A DNA stretch of 54,774 nt from Flavobacteriales bacterium (GTDB lineage: Bacteria; Bacteroidota; Bacteroidia; Flavobacteriales_F; PHOS-HE28): contig JBKJPT010000052.1 in NCBI GenBank assembly GCA_046595075.1, forward strand, positions 1 to 54,774, read 5' to 3'. Positions within the stretch are counted from its first letter, which is position 1; each line of letters opens with the position of its first letter. The notes below the pieces were generated by a model. That model had not been told where the DNA came from, did not search any database, and saw only the letters and a program-made list of their open reading frames with translations. Made by a program: the position numbers and the translations under genes. Below, in pieces: positions 46,898-54,774 of the stretch.

Positions 46898-47737
46898 CTA
46901 TTGGAACGTCCAGCCGCCGCCGGAGCCGGTGTCGCGCGGGTTCATGCACATCACCGGGATCTGAGCTTCGTTGGTGATCACCTCCTGCTCGTAGGGCACC
47001 CCAAGCACACCGAAGATGTTTCCTTGCGAAAGGTTCATGATCGCAATGAGGTCGGCATCCATGGCCACGGCGTGCTTCACCACAGCCTCTACGAAATCGC
47101 CGCTGTCCTTGTCCGCGATGGTGGCGTCGTGCGTAATGCCGCGGCCATCCAAGTACTGGTTTGCGAACTTGATATGGTTCACCAACTGCTTGTGCAAAAA
47201 TTCATCCTCCTCCTTCGGCGTGATCAGGTGCACCTTGCTGTTGAAGTACTTCGCCATGTCGGCCACAAGCGTAAGCTTCTGGCGGGTCTCTTGATGCAGG
47301 TCCAAGGGCACCACGATGGAATCATAACCACCGTCCTTTATCGGCCGCTCTTGGACCACCACGAACGGAACATTGCTGCTGGTGATGACGCGCAACGCAC
47401 GGCTACCGGTGAGGAACTGCATGCCGCGCATGCCATGCGTACCCATCACGATCAGGTCGGCGCCGATCTCCGAAGCCGCATCGCCGATATCATCGAAAAT
47501 GCTTCCTACACGAACCAGCTTGAACACCGGGACCGCAACGTCTAGTTTTTGGGCCCGAGCAACTTCCATTTCCAGCTTGCGCCGCGTGTCGTCCACATCG
47601 TCCTGGGAGGGCACAACATGCAGCAGGTACACCTCACCCTTGGTGTGCGAAGCAAGCTTCATGGCATGGCCGATCGCATTGTCGGCAACGTGGGTGAAAT
47701 CCGTGGGAACAAGGATCTTGGTCGTCTTGCCGCTCAT
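46898..47737 (-). CDS. Tandem-domain universal stress protein
   Basis: KILVPTDF, LLHVV, ADLIVMGTHG..GS; second domain SIVVPLD...ADLIAIM...IPVMC. Confidence 0.9.
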   Translation of the reverse strand: MSGKTTKILVPTDFTHVADNAIGHAMKLASHTKGEVYLLHVVPSQDDVDDTRRKLEMEVARAQKLDVAVPVFKLVRVGSIFDDIGDAASEIGADLIVMGTHGMRGMQFLTGSRALRVITSSNVPFVVVQERPIKDGGYDSIVVPLDLHQETRQKLTLVADMAKYFNSKVHLITPKEEDEFLHKQLVNHIKFANQYLDGRGITHDATIADKDSGDFVEAVVKHAVAMDADLIAIMNLSQGNIFGVLGVPYEQEVITNEAQIPVMCMNPRDTGSGGGWTFQ

Positions 47738-47840
47738 CTTCCGGTCGTTTGCTTGTACGGGTCGCGCTTCTTGCAGGCGTTTTCCCCGGTTCATCGGGGG
47801 CGGCTAAAGTAGCGATCAATACCCCTTGAGCAGGCGTCCG

Positions 47841-47917
47841 ACAAACGGCGGCAAACGCCAATGAACGATTACAAACGACGAACGGACGGATCGCCATTCC
47901 GCAACGCCGCTGCTTTG
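47841..47917 (+). promoter_or_regulatory. Four 10-bp-phased boxes plus degenerate -7 element upstream of ssb-1
   Basis: ACAAACG 47841, GCAAACG 47851, ATGAACG 47861, ACAAACG 47871; TTTG ends at 47917. Confidence 0.7.
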
Positions 47918-47963
47918 TCCCCGGAAGTCGGCAGGGTGCCGGCAACAACAAAAACCAACGACG

Positions 47964-48317
47964 ATGAAGAACAAAGTGCAACTGATGGGACACCTAGGCA
48001 ATGAGCCGGAGCTGAAGAAACTGGAAAGCGGGCAACACCTGCTGAAGCTGAGCCTGGCCACCAACGAACGCTTCCGCAGCGGCGAAGGTGAGTGGAAGGA
48101 GGATGTGCAGTGGCACCCGATCGTGGCGTGGGGCAAGCAGGCAGAACGCCTGGCCGCCATGGTGCACAAGGGTACCGGCCTGTTGGTGGAGGGCCGCCTC
48201 GTTCACCGGAAGTACGAAACCAAGGAGGGCGAGAAGCGCACGTTCACGGAGGTGGTGCTCACGGACTTCTATCTGCTCGCTGCCAAGGAGGCGGCAGTGG
48301 CGGAATTCAATGCTTGA
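47964..48317 (+). CDS. ssb: Short single-stranded DNA-binding protein lacking the acidic C-terminal tail (paralogue 1)
   Basis: NKVQLMGHLGNEPE, LATNE, QWHPIVAWG, VEGRL..RKY, TEVV; 117 aa with no DDLPF-type tip. Confidence 0.92.
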   Translation: MKNKVQLMGHLGNEPELKKLESGQHLLKLSLATNERFRSGEGEWKEDVQWHPIVAWGKQAERLAAMVHKGTGLLVEGRLVHRKYETKEGEKRTFTEVVLTDFYLLAAKEAAVAEFNA

Positions 48318-49503
48318 TGATGCGGATCACCGAAGAGCGTTCGGGTGTTGAGAGGTGCAACAAGTACGGACCCGCCTCAAGCGAGGAGAGGTCCAGCCTT
48401 GCGCTACCAACGCCCGCGCTTTTCGGTGGTGTGAGCGCCGTGCGCCCGAGCGCATCAAGCACAACGGCTCGCGCAAGTAGCGCATCGGCACCGATCACCA
48501 TTATCACGTCGGTGCACGGGTTCGGGAAAACAACCCAAGAGTTGTTCGCAGAGGGTTCCTCTAGGCCCACGAGTTGTGGCCATACCGTATGGCACACGGT
48601 GCTCACGCAAGTGTCGCCCAAGAGAGGTCCCCAAGCGCGTAAGGTGCCGCATAATTGGAACTCGCCCTCAACAGGGTACGCATGCACGGCTACGCTGCCT
48701 GTGGCAAGTGCACCATCGCCGAAGTCCCACTCAATGGAGCTATACATGCCCGAGGTGCGCGAAGTGTCCAGCACGCCGACCAAGTTGTCCGCTTGCAGTA
48801 GCCAATAACCCTGATCGATCAATTGCGCACACTCCACATTACCCGGCCCCAAGTACAACCACTGGCACAAGGTGGCCGAGCAGTAGGGGTCCGAACTCAT
48901 TAAGGTGAGGCAGATCTCGAAAGGACCCGGCCCGACGAAAGTGTTAGTAGGGGTGGAGGTGGTGGCTCCTGCACCGTCGCCAAAGGACCATGTCTCCTGA
49001 TCGATCAAGCCGGCGAAGGTCGAGGTGCTGACGAAGGTCACGGTTTGGCCATCAACGGCGGCGATGTCGAAGTTGGCTACGAGCGATGTACAGAGCACGT
49101 CAGAAACGGGAGTGATCAGGTCGCACACCGTGGTGCTGCAGGGTTGCTGTGCCTCCAGATCATAAGCGTTCACAGTAAGGCACACGGGGTACTCTTCCTG
49201 CCAAGGGAAGTACAACTCGAAGGGAGTATTGTACGCTTGAGTGAAGGTCCCATTGTAGTAGTAGGTCCACACCAAGTCCTGCACTTGGGTTGACCCCGGA
49301 ATGATCACTGGATCGAACACGCAGTTGTATCCATTGAGCAAAGTGGTGGCAATGCTCACGTGCATGGAAGTATCGCAGGTCTGCAGGGTGCCGCCGCCGC
49401 GTTCTTGCGTGCGGTCAGAGTATAGTTGCGCGTGCGCTATGGAGCTGGCGGCGAAGCAAGCAGCCACGGTACAGGATCGTATGTGACGGGGTAAGCCGAT
49501 CAT
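48307..49503 (-). CDS. Cys-rich PKD-domain protein with T9SS type A CTD
   Basis: Signal peptide, WSFGDG and WDFGDG PKD motifs, CTD VFPNPC...LDALGR...AGPYLL. Confidence 0.85.
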   Translation of the reverse strand: MIGLPRHIRSCTVAACFAASSIAHAQLYSDRTQERGGGTLQTCDTSMHVSIATTLLNGYNCVFDPVIIPGSTQVQDLVWTYYYNGTFTQAYNTPFELYFPWQEEYPVCLTVNAYDLEAQQPCSTTVCDLITPVSDVLCTSLVANFDIAAVDGQTVTFVSTSTFAGLIDQETWSFGDGAGATTSTPTNTFVGPGPFEICLTLMSSDPYCSATLCQWLYLGPGNVECAQLIDQGYWLLQADNLVGVLDTSRTSGMYSSIEWDFGDGALATGSVAVHAYPVEGEFQLCGTLRAWGPLLGDTCVSTVCHTVWPQLVGLEEPSANNSWVVFPNPCTDVIMVIGADALLARAVVLDALGRTALTPPKSAGVGSARLDLSSLEAGPYLLHLSTPERSSVIRIIKH

Positions 49504-50903
49504 AGGTAGTGGCAAAGTTGAAAACGGATACCGAGTCTTTCAGGGGTTGCCTGCAATGCCCCCTGCGCGCCCGGTACGAAACCGCGCGCATAGTGTGGTG
49601 TTGCCAACAATGTCCAGCGCTCGTGCAATGCAAAGCCGAGGTCGGCACCAATAAGGCCGGTGACGCAAGTGGGGTAGCGGGCCGCAACGACTTCAGCGCT
49701 CAGCGCAGTAGAATAGATGTGACCATCCTCATCGGCCTGCACCAATGAAGAGGTCGAACGAACGCGGTTGATCTCTGCCATGGTACCAACGCGCACTCCC
49801 AACACCCAGCGGCGCAAGCCCACATGCCAGTAGGCCTCCAACGGAACACGAACCGTAGTGCGTTGATCCAGTCCTTGAGCGTCGTACTCGCGCACTACGT
49901 TGTTGCTTAGCGTGTCGTAGACCATGGCGATCACCGTGGTGTTAAGGGTGACCATGTTGGCGATCACGGTGTGCTCTTGTACGATGTTGTGCTCGAGGTG
50001 CCGGTAGGCCTGCTCGGTCTGCTCCACTTCCACCCCAAGCCCGGCACCCAAGCCCGAACGCCAGCGCCTGCCGACCATGATGCCCAAAGCGGCGGAAGGG
50101 CTGAGGCTCTCCGCTTTGTTCAGCGCATCTGCCAACCGCGTCGAAGTACCCTCCCAGTTGTGCTTGGCCGCGTATGCGCACAGGTGTGACGCCAGCCACC
50201 AATCGCCATGAGGCAGCACGTAAGTTTCGGGGATCATCGCACGATGAACTTCCCCGGCAATGACCGCGGGTTCCAGACCAACATGATTCCCCATCAAGCG
50301 GAACGCATCTTCGGTTTCAATTGCAACGACAGGAACCCCTGGGGTTAGCGCCAGACCGCCGTTGTTGACCTCGGCTGCGGTCCCGAGCTCATTGGGCGAG
50401 CTCAACGGCTCTTCATGGACTACGCCCAGTTGCGTAGCAACCCCTTCGTCACCAACCGGAACAGTTGTCGGAAGTGTACGAGCCTCTTGCCCACCGGAAA
50501 AGTTCCTAGGCCGCGGTCCTTCGGCACCAGGTCCACTGCGCACGTGTGTGTCGGGTACATCTGCTGTTGATGGATGGACGCCTTCCTCCAAGTGAATGAC
50601 CGAGGTCTCTGCGCCGCTCGTTTTCGGAGCCCGCAACCCAACGTCGTTCGCAAGATCAACAGCGGACACGCCCGAGCCTTGCTCAACCCTGCCTGCACCA
50701 TTGTTCACGAACCAATATCCAGCGGGGCTAAGCAGGAGCAATAGCAGAGCAAGGGTCATGCGCGACCGTTTGCGCCACAGCGTGCGTTTATATCCACGCT
50801 GTGCCCCAGCGAGGATCGCTGCACGCAGGCGCGCTGGAGGCTCAGCGGGTATCCCGCTCAGCTCGTGCTTGAAAAAGTCATCAATGGGATGCTGCTCCCG
50901 CAT
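49500..50903 (-). CDS. Putative anti-sigma factor: N-terminal ASD, TM helix, disordered linker, C-terminal outer-membrane beta-barrel
   Basis: IDDFFKHEL..AEPP; TM LALLLLLLSPAGYW; ~150-aa low-complexity linker; alternating amphipathic strands ending LGIRFQLCHYL; overlaps the ECF sigma gene. Confidence 0.7.
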   Translation of the reverse strand: MREQHPIDDFFKHELSGIPAEPPARLRAAILAGAQRGYKRTLWRKRSRMTLALLLLLLSPAGYWFVNNGAGRVEQGSGVSAVDLANDVGLRAPKTSGAETSVIHLEEGVHPSTADVPDTHVRSGPGAEGPRPRNFSGGQEARTLPTTVPVGDEGVATQLGVVHEEPLSSPNELGTAAEVNNGGLALTPGVPVVAIETEDAFRLMGNHVGLEPAVIAGEVHRAMIPETYVLPHGDWWLASHLCAYAAKHNWEGTSTRLADALNKAESLSPSAALGIMVGRRWRSGLGAGLGVEVEQTEQAYRHLEHNIVQEHTVIANMVTLNTTVIAMVYDTLSNNVVREYDAQGLDQRTTVRVPLEAYWHVGLRRWVLGVRVGTMAEINRVRSTSSLVQADEDGHIYSTALSAEVVAARYPTCVTGLIGADLGFALHERWTLLATPHYARGFVPGAQGALQATPERLGIRFQLCHYL

Positions 50904-51444
50904 AGGCCGGTGTGTTCTTGGCGTGGATCTTCAGTTGCAATAGTCGTCGGGCCTTTGCCAATTGGCTGCGCGAGGTGCTTTCACCGCAGCCCAGTAGGTC
51001 GGCGATCTCCGCATGGTCATATCCCTCGATCGCGAAGAGATTGAACACCGTGCGGTAACCGTCCGGAAGCGAGGCGATCATGTCCAATAGCTCCTGTTGG
51101 CCCAGCCGGCCCATGGCATCAGCTTCCACAGGCTCCTCTGGCAGGCGCTCCAGCCCAAAGCGCTCTTGCTGGAAGGATTTCTTGCGGTAGTGGTTGATCG
51201 CAGTGTGGACCATGATCCGGCGGACCCAGCCCTCCAAGGACCCCTCCATGCGGAAATCCTTCAGCCTCTCGTACACCCTTATGAATGCTTCCTGCATGAT
51301 GTCCTCAGCCTCCATTTCGTGCCGTGCGTACCGCAAGCACACTGCGTACATGCGGCGCGCGAAGCGGTCATAAAGGGTTTCCTGGCAGCGACGATCGCCG
51401 CTCAGGCATCCCTTTATCAGTTCGTGTTCGGTGGGTTCACGCAA
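50881..51444 (-). CDS. ECF RNA polymerase sigma factor
   Basis: MYAVCLRY, AEDIMQEAFI, SLEGWVRRI, LPDGYRTVFNLFAIEGYDHAEIA, TSRSQLAKARRLL. TTG start at 51444 is inferred. Confidence 0.93.
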   Translation of the reverse strand: MREPTEHELIKGCLSGDRRCQETLYDRFARRMYAVCLRYARHEMEAEDIMQEAFIRVYERLKDFRMEGSLEGWVRRIMVHTAINHYRKKSFQQERFGLERLPEEPVEADAMGRLGQQELLDMIASLPDGYRTVFNLFAIEGYDHAEIADLLGCGESTSRSQLAKARRLLQLKIHAKNTPAYAGAASH

Positions 51445-51572
51445 CCGGTGGCCTCTTAATGCACAAGACAACGCACCTATGCTGGATGCTGCCCGGAGCT
51501 AGAGACTGCATACAAGATAGGAATCCGGGTACTGCGGTTGGCTGAACGGCGTAGAAGTCCGGGGACCGGTCA

Positions 51573-51649
51573 ACAAATGACAGCAAACGGCTGTAATCGC
51601 CTACAAATGAAAATCGACCGGCTCCCCCTTCTTCCCCAGCCAACGTTTG
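51573..51649 (+). promoter_or_regulatory. Four 10-bp-phased boxes plus degenerate -7 element upstream of ssb-2
   Basis: ACAAATG 51573, GCAAACG 51583, GTAATCG 51593, ACAAATG 51603; TTTG ends at 51649. Confidence 0.7.
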
Positions 51650-51711
51650 CATCGGCTCCGGTTTCAGCACCGGGTCAGCAACGAAAAGTCGAACCCTAAA
51701 ACACAAGTCCC

Positions 51712-52068
51712 ATGAACACGCTGAAGAACAAAGTGCACCTCGTTGGCAACCTCGGTTTCGATCCCGAAGTGCGGGAGATCGCCAAGGGGCGAAAGGTTGC
51801 CCGCCTCTCGGTAGCCACCAATGACAGCTACCGCAATGCCAGCGGCGAGCGCGTTACCGACACCCAATGGCATACCGTGGTGGCCTGGGGCCAAACCGCC
51901 GAAATGGTGGAGCGCTTGCTGCGGAAAGGATCGCCCGTGATGCTGGAGGGGCGATTGGTTCACCGCAGCTACGAAGCCAAGGATGGCAGCAAGCGTTACA
52001 TCACCGAGGTAGTGATGAACACCTTCCAGGTCTTGCCGGGCAAGCAAGAGGGGGCGGCGGCAGCTTAA
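51712..52068 (+). CDS. ssb: Short single-stranded DNA-binding protein lacking the acidic C-terminal tail (paralogue 2)
   Basis: NKVHLVGNLGFDPE, VATND, QWHTVVAWG, LEGRL..RSY, RYITEVV; 118 aa. Confidence 0.93.
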   Translation: MNTLKNKVHLVGNLGFDPEVREIAKGRKVARLSVATNDSYRNASGERVTDTQWHTVVAWGQTAEMVERLLRKGSPVMLEGRLVHRSYEAKDGSKRYITEVVMNTFQVLPGKQEGAAAA

Positions 52069-52093
52069 GGGCGACCATTGGTCGGCGGACAGA

Positions 52094-52125
52094 AGAAGGG
52101 GCGGCCATCATCGGCCGCCCCTTCT
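52094..52125. terminator. Probable bidirectional terminator between convergent ssb-2 and the PKD gene
   Basis: 13-bp perfect stem AGAAGGGGCGGCC / GGCCGCCCCTTCT. Confidence 0.75.
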
Positions 52126-52152
52126 CATTTATTGAAGCTCAACGCCCACTGT

Positions 52153-54774
52153 TCATTCAATAGCGACCCGCCTCCATAGGCTTCCCTCGGCGGTCCGCAC
52201 TTCCACCGAGTAGATCGCGGGAGCAAGTGTTGTAACGTCCACCATCGTGCGCGCACTGTTGGTGCGTTGCGCCAGTACCAAGCGACCCTCTGTGGAGAAG
52301 ACCCGTAGGTCCGCCCCCAAAGGAGCACCGTCGATGATGAACGAGTTATGCGCAGGGTTAGGGAACAAATGCACCAGCCCGATCGCAGCCTCGTTGATCC
52401 CTACATCGAACGGGTCGATCTCCTCACAATGTTCGGCCCAGCAGGTGTCTTGTGTGGCGTTGTTCCAGTACCAAGCCGCAAGGCACACATTGTATGGGCC
52501 GGGTGGCTCGTAGAGGTGCGTGATCACTTGGCCGTATCCCTGGTCGCTTCCATCGCCGAAGAACCAGATGTAGCCCACCACCGGAACGCTGGAGGTGGCT
52601 TGTAAAATGGTTGCCGTGCCTTGAGAGGTCGCAGTGAAATCTATCTCGAACGGCTCGCAACCACCGGGCCCCTCGACCACAATGGTCGTGCAGGTTGTGT
52701 CGGTGCAATTCTCCCAATAGGCCGTGAGGCACACCTCGTAGGTGCCTGGCCCTGCATAGGTGTGATCGGCGTTGATCCCGCCACTGGTCGCACCGTCTCC
52801 GAAGTTCCACAGGTACTGGATGTTGGTGTTTGGCGATGTGCAGTTAACGAAGTAGAAGCTGTTGTTGTCGATCACCGTTGTGGTGAAGCAGGCTTGGAGA
52901 TCATCGCAGGGATCGCCACCTCCCTCGATCGTGACTTCATAGCAAGTGGTGTCGGCACAAGTGATCACGCCGCCACCGGCAAGTTCATAAATGCTCACAG
53001 CTGTGAGGCACACCACGTAGACGCCGGGCTCGAGGTAGGTATGGAAAGGCTGCGCGTCATCGCTGATGCCACCATCGCCGAAAGTCCAATACCAGTTCGT
53101 TTGGAAACCGACGCCCACCGTTCCATTGCTGAACTGCGTACCGTTCGGCGTGGTTGTCCAGGTGAAGCCAGCTTCAAGGCCATCGCAAGGGTCGGTGCCG
53201 CCACCGGTGACCGTTATTGTTGTGCAGGTGGTGTCCGTGCAATTTCCCCAATAGGCGGTGAGGCAAACCTCGTAGGTGCCGGGCTCGCTGTAGTTGTGGT
53301 CGGGGTTCACGCCGCCACTGGTCGCGCCATCGCCGAAATTCCACACGTACTGGATGTTGGTGCTGGGTGTGGTGCAGTTGACGAAGTAGAAGCTGTTGTT
53401 GTCGATCGCCTCTGTGGTGAAGCAGGCTTGGAGCTGATCGCAAGGATCACCACCGCCCTCTATCACCACGTCATAGCAAGTGGTATCGGCACAAGTGATC
53501 ACGCCGCCGCCGCTCAGTTCGTAGATGCTCACCACCGTGAGGCACGCCACGTAGACACCGGGCTCGAGGTAAGTGTGCACCGTTGATTGAGCGGTGCTCG
53601 TTCCACCATCACCGAAGTTCCAGTACCAAGTGGTCTGGAAGCCGGTGCCATTAGAGCCGTTGAGGAAGTAGGTGCCGTTGGGGGTTGTGGTCCAGGTGAA
53701 GGCCGCTTGCAATCCATCGCAAGGATCGGTGCCGCCACCAGTAACGGTCACTGTGGTGCACGTGCTGTCCACGCAATTCCCCCAATACGCGGTGAGGCAC
53801 ACTTCGTATGTACCGGGTTCAGCAAAGCTGTGTTCGGCGTTCACGTCGCCGCTGGCGCTACCATCGCCGAAGTGCCACTCGTATTGAATGTTGGTGCCTG
53901 GCGTTGTGCAGTTCACGAAGTAGAAGCTGTTGTTGTCGATCACTTCCGTGGTGAAGCAGGCTTCGAGATCGTCGCAGGGGTCACCTCCAAGAATGGTCAC
54001 CAACTGGCAACTTGTTTCGGAACAAGTGTCCTGCGTTGTGGGATCCCACGCCCAAACCGTGAGGCACATTTCATAGGTGCCTGCAGCGGCATAGGTGTGC
54101 GTGCCTTGTGGGCCGTTGTCCGAATAGGTGCCATCGCCGAAACTCCAGATCCAATTCGGGCCAGCGCCTGTGGTCGCGGAATAGAAGATGCTCGCCGGAT
54201 CACCGCCGTTGTTGCCGAACCAGAATTCGGCGCTGAGCCCATCACATGGATCCGCGCCGCCGTCGATCACAACAGCATTGCAGGTCGTATCCGCGCAAGT
54301 GAGCAACACGCCGCTGCCCGTGTTGTACACCGTGAGCGCGTACAGGCACACTTCATAGGTGCCCGGCGCTGCATACGTGTGGAGGGGTTGTGCATCGTTA
54401 CTCGTGCCGCCGTCGCCGAAGGTCCAATACCAGGTGGTCGACTGTCCTGTCCCGGTGGTGCCATTGCTGAACTGCGTTCCGTTCGGCGTGGCGGTCGAGG
54501 TGAATCCAGCTTCGAGTTCATCACACGGATCAGTGCCGCCCTGCACCACTAACGGCAAGCAGAACGTGTCCTCACAACCATTGCCATAAGCGGTCACGCA
54601 AACCGTGTAGGTGCCGGGCTGATCATAGATGTGCGTGGGCGCAGTGCCCGATCCATTGGCGCCGTCGCCGAAGGTCCACAGGTATTGCGTGTTGGTGCCG
54701 GGCTGCGAGCAGTTGAGGAAGGCGATGGTGTTCGGGTTGGTCTGCAATGCTTCGAAGCACGCCTCGAAGCCGTC
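52153..54774 (-). CDS. Large Cys-rich poly-PKD repeat protein with T9SS type A CTD, 5'-truncated by the window edge
   Basis: Frame open to 54774 (DGFEACFEALQTN...); at least 9 PKD modules (WxFGDG...HxY..PGxYxVCL); CTD LFPNPA...FSTEGR...PAIYSV. Confidence 0.9.
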   Translation of the reverse strand, partial: DGFEACFEALQTNPNTIAFLNCSQPGTNTQYLWTFGDGANGSGTAPTHIYDQPGTYTVCVTAYGNGCEDTFCLPLVVQGGTDPCDELEAGFTSTATPNGTQFSNGTTGTGQSTTWYWTFGDGGTSNDAQPLHTYAAPGTYEVCLYALTVYNTGSGVLLTCADTTCNAVVIDGGADPCDGLSAEFWFGNNGGDPASIFYSATTGAGPNWIWSFGDGTYSDNGPQGTHTYAAAGTYEMCLTVWAWDPTTQDTCSETSCQLVTILGGDPCDDLEACFTTEVIDNNSFYFVNCTTPGTNIQYEWHFGDGSASGDVNAEHSFAEPGTYEVCLTAYWGNCVDSTCTTVTVTGGGTDPCDGLQAAFTWTTTPNGTYFLNGSNGTGFQTTWYWNFGDGGTSTAQSTVHTYLEPGVYVACLTVVSIYELSGGGVITCADTTCYDVVIEGGGDPCDQLQACFTTEAIDNNSFYFVNCTTPSTNIQYVWNFGDGATSGGVNPDHNYSEPGTYEVCLTAYWGNCTDTTCTTITVTGGGTDPCDGLEAGFTWTTTPNGTQFSNGTVGVGFQTNWYWTFGDGGISDDAQPFHTYLEPGVYVVCLTAVSIYELAGGGVITCADTTCYEVTIEGGGDPCDDLQACFTTTVIDNNSFYFVNCTSPNTNIQYLWNFGDGATSGGINADHTYAGPGTYEVCLTAYWENCTDTTCTTIVVEGPGGCEPFEIDFTATSQGTATILQATSSVPVVGYIWFFGDGSDQGYGQVITHLYEPPGPYNVCLAAWYWNNATQDTCWAEHCEEIDPFDVGINEAAIGLVHLFPNPAHNSFIIDGAPLGADLRVFSTEGRLVLAQRTNSARTMVDVTTLAPAIYSVEVRTAEGSLWRRVAIE
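52700..53990 (-). repeat. Intragenic 534-bp-period tandem duplication (two-PKD unit)
   Basis: GTGAAGCAGG at 52883, 53417 and 53951 (534-bp spacing); repeated IDNNSFYFVNCT and GGGVITCADTTCY blocks. Boundaries approximate. Confidence 0.85.

Noticed and set aside
47964-52068. Prophage/ICE or composite mobile element bounded by two ssb genes
   Set aside because: No integrase, transposase, relaxase, phage genes or att repeats; the ssb copies are too diverged to be element ends.
12947-53586. Long antisense ORFs (e.g. 12947-14287, 16763-17794, 34300-35535, 39303-40337, 52621-53586)
   Set aside because: They are shadow frames of well-supported genes in GC-rich DNA and carry no recognisable motifs.
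52153-54774. CRISPR array or DGR template/variable repeats
   Set aside because: The repeats are long in-frame protein modules with no spacers, and there are no cas or reverse transcriptase genes in the window.

Overview
A GC-rich Bacteroidota (Flavobacteriales-like) chromosomal segment that appears to span the replication origin. The origin call rests on an AT-rich DnaA-box cluster with a box/trio/AT-rich unwinding module at ~31.2-31.6 kb, two parS palindromes at 24.7/25.2 kb and nearby mnmG; dnaA and dnaN are not in the window. Most genes are housekeeping: envC-like, tatA, gatA, mltD, ptrB, recO, porZ, tRNA-Cys, folB, gltX, ybeY, mnmG, rpiB, rnr, prs, rplY, pth, ferritin. Four Cys-rich PKD/T9SS cargo genes and several signalling modules are interspersed. 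I saw no CRISPR array, prophage, integrase or transposase. The most interesting signals are: (1) two diverged tail-less ssb paralogues sharing an identically spaced upstream array of four 10-bp-phased boxes in front of a degenerate promoter, suggesting an uncharacterised activator regulon; (2) a YfiR-like + TPR + HAMP-SpoIIE phosphatase operon, i.e. a YfiBNR-like envelope sensor apparently wired to partner-switching instead of c-di-GMP, with an orphan RsbW-like kinase elsewhere in the window; (3) a dual-membrane-spanning-type anti-sigma/ECF pair coupled to a T9SS PKD cargo; (4) a small Sm/Hfq-like ORF behind a DnaA-box pair; (5) a CTAG cluster centred on parS and a DnaA-box/CGATCG composite shared by oriC and the prs promoter. 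The first 73 bp are a probable fold-back assembly artefact. All calls come from reading sequence motifs; no database searches were run.
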